The translations under genes were made by a program, and so were the position numbers. From NCBI GenBank assembly GCA_964460305.1, contig CAYWRA010000003.1:1-60600 (forward strand): 60,600 bases of DNA, read 5' to 3'. The notes under the pieces were generated by a model, which saw nothing but the letters and a program-made list of their open reading frames with translations, made no database searches and was not told the origin of the DNA. Shown one piece after another: positions 59,123 to 60,600 of this stretch (its first letter is position 1; the number at the start of each line of letters is the position of its first letter). This DNA is from an uncultured bacterium (GTDB taxonomy: Bacteria; Auribacterota; Tritonobacteria; UBA1439).

Positions 59123-59410
59123 TCACTCTATTATCTGCGGCACCTTGATAAAACCATCCCCTCCCCTCGGCGCAAGTTTGAGGATCGTCTCCCTATCCAG
59201 GGATGGCCGCGACTCGTCGGGCCGCGTCACGTTCTTCAACGGGATGACGTGCGCGGTCGGCTCCACCCCTTCCGTGTTAAGCTCGTTGAGCTTCTCGACG
59301 TACTGCACGATCTTGGCGAGCTGAGAGGCAAAGCGCTCCTGATCCTCCCCCGAAAACTTCAGCCTCGCCAATCGGGCGATATGCTCCACGTCTTTTCTGG
59401 TGATTGCCAT
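59123..59410 (-). CDS. gatC: Asp/Glu-tRNA amidotransferase subunit C
   Basis: ITRKDVEHIARLARL, LNTEGVEPTAH, FIKVPQII. Confidence 0.96.
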   Translation of the reverse strand: MAITRKDVEHIARLARLKFSGEDQERFASQLAKIVQYVEKLNELNTEGVEPTAHVIPLKNVTRPDESRPSLDRETILKLAPRGGDGFIKVPQIIE

Positions 59411-59574
59411 ACGTTCCCCTCGAAATGGTGGGATTAAGACAAGCGGCCTTATTGTATCACATCCGATAGGGAGACAAAGCATTTCCTGAAAACGTCAAAA
59501 TGGAACCACAAAGAGGGGTTACTCCCCGAGCCAAGTTTCCATCTGAAAATATCGTATATACGCCATAGGGCGTA

Positions 59575-59973
59575 TCAGCTATGAGGTAGAAATCGAACGG
59601 TTTTAACTACGGCGACACGCGTATCGCAGAGGAGAACAGTCGAGTATTCATCTAAGAGCGCGGGATCTATCCCCCGGCGGGACGAGACGATGAAAATCTT
59701 TTCGCCAGGCCCCGGCTCTTCAATCTTTCCATATTTCTCTCCGAGGCCGGCTATAGTTCCTTCTTGATCGGGTGCCGCGCTGACAATGGCCAACTCCCTC
59801 TCCCCCATCCAGAACGTCGTCCAGACATGGACATCGGATGGCATCGCCGCCGGCGACTCGATGAAGAATAGTTCCTCTCCCTGAGGCGCTTCGCTTGCCG
59901 GGGCGTTGAGGCACAGGGCCATCATCGCCAGGGAAACAAATAGTAAGAAACACTGCGTAGTATTTTTATTCAT
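59575..59973 (-). CDS. Hypothetical exported protein, possibly truncated
   Basis: Signal peptide-like N-terminus (FLLFVSLAMMALCLNAPA); ends abruptly at VAVVKTVRFLPHS. Confidence 0.45.
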   Translation of the reverse strand: MNKNTTQCFLLFVSLAMMALCLNAPASEAPQGEELFFIESPAAMPSDVHVWTTFWMGERELAIVSAAPDQEGTIAGLGEKYGKIEEPGPGEKIFIVSSRRGIDPALLDEYSTVLLCDTRVAVVKTVRFLPHS

Positions 59974-59984
59974 ATTCGATACGG

Positions 59985-60254
59985 CTATATTTTGTTGATG
60001 AGCTTTTCATAGTCGGCGTGAGAACCTATCCAGAACCAGATTATGTCCTCCCCGCCGATAACTCCCAATGCCCGCCAACCGATGCCGACACGTATCGAAT
60101 AAACGGCGGGCTTTTTCGCCACACGCTTGAATTGAAGGCTGGGGTGGGAGGAATCTCGTTTCCAGAGCCGGTAATTTTTTCTTGCGAGGTCCTGAATGCG
60201 CTTGGGAAGCTTGCGGAAGCAAGCGGCGAAGTCGTCGGTAAGATGAGATTTCAA
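59985..60254 (-). CDS. Type II toxin, RelE/ParE-like
   Basis: FAACFRKLP..QDLARKNYRLW..HPSLQFKRV, YSIRVGIGWRALG, WFWIGSHADYEKL; overlaps the antitoxin stop by 4 nt. Confidence 0.85.
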   Translation of the reverse strand: MKSHLTDDFAACFRKLPKRIQDLARKNYRLWKRDSSHPSLQFKRVAKKPAVYSIRVGIGWRALGVIGGEDIIWFWIGSHADYEKLINKI

Positions 60255-60469
60255 AATTCGTCGAAGCCCATTTCCCTGGTTTTACCCGCCGTGTATTCGC
60301 GCAATGCTTTCTCGGCCAACTGCCCAAGCTTGTTCTGGGACGCGCCGAGGCTTTTATCCCAGCTCCCCTCCCATGCAATCTCTTGTATCAATTCCTGTGC
60401 AAGCTGATCCTGCAAATCCTCTGGAAGCCGGGAGGCTTCCTTGAAGGCTTCTGCGAGCAGTTTAGTCAT
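60251..60469 (-). CDS. Cognate antitoxin
   Basis: 72 aa, acidic and helical (LLAEAFKEASRLPEDLQDQLA..WDKSL..KLGQLAEKAL); lies upstream of the toxin with a coupled stop/start. Confidence 0.8.
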   Translation of the reverse strand: MTKLLAEAFKEASRLPEDLQDQLAQELIQEIAWEGSWDKSLGASQNKLGQLAEKALREYTAGKTREMGFDEF

Positions 60470-60512
60470 AATTCACCTCGACCGGAGCATGGAGCTTTCT
60501 TAAGCACAAATC

Positions 60513-60550
60513 AGTTTACTACATCTCGGCTTTTTTGTCAAATTACCGAG
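60513..60550 (-). promoter_or_regulatory. Sigma70 promoter of the TA operon with an overlapping inverted repeat
   Basis: TTGACA (60541-60536)-N17-TAAACT (60518-60513); CTCGG (60525-60529) and CCGAG (60546-60550) flank the -35 box. Confidence 0.7.
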
Positions 60551-60600
60551 TTGCCTCATAATAAAAGTACTCGAAAAGGATTCGTTGATTCAAAATAAAA

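Overview
GC-rich chromosomal window of an anaerobic-type bacterium; the taxon cannot be determined from sequence alone. Most genes lie on the minus strand. Left to right: a NarL-type two-component pair, two lipoproteins sharing an identical duplicated leader, an AsmA-like protein, tRNA-Leu(CAA), a candidate structured ncRNA, a tRNA thiolase-like gene, a polyprenyl-linked glycosylation operon, tRNA-Ala(CGC), tatAC, a short HypF and ppx. Then come a carbamoyl-transfer cluster (ArgF, two atypical transcarbamylases, carbamate kinase, two PLP enzymes), an ATP-grasp orphan, a group 3b-type NiFe hydrogenase operon and a tandem-GAF protein. After that are a cluster of three AlkP/NPP-fold enzymes with CysDN, a DUF106-like membrane protein and a small LGY-tailed protein, a sigma54 two-component pair, accD-folC-nagA-glmS, gatCAB interrupted by an AT-rich DUF4062/ATPase gene, and a type II toxin-antitoxin pair. 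No transposase, integrase, rRNA or CRISPR array was found. Many intergenic gaps carry modular palindromic or heptamer-repeat hairpins, some of which extend into coding sequence. The best candidates for undescribed systems are the multi-transcarbamylase catabolic cluster and the AlkP-CysDN-DUF106 cluster. All family assignments are by motif recognition, not database search. Several starts were trimmed relative to the ORF track using RBS and motif evidence.
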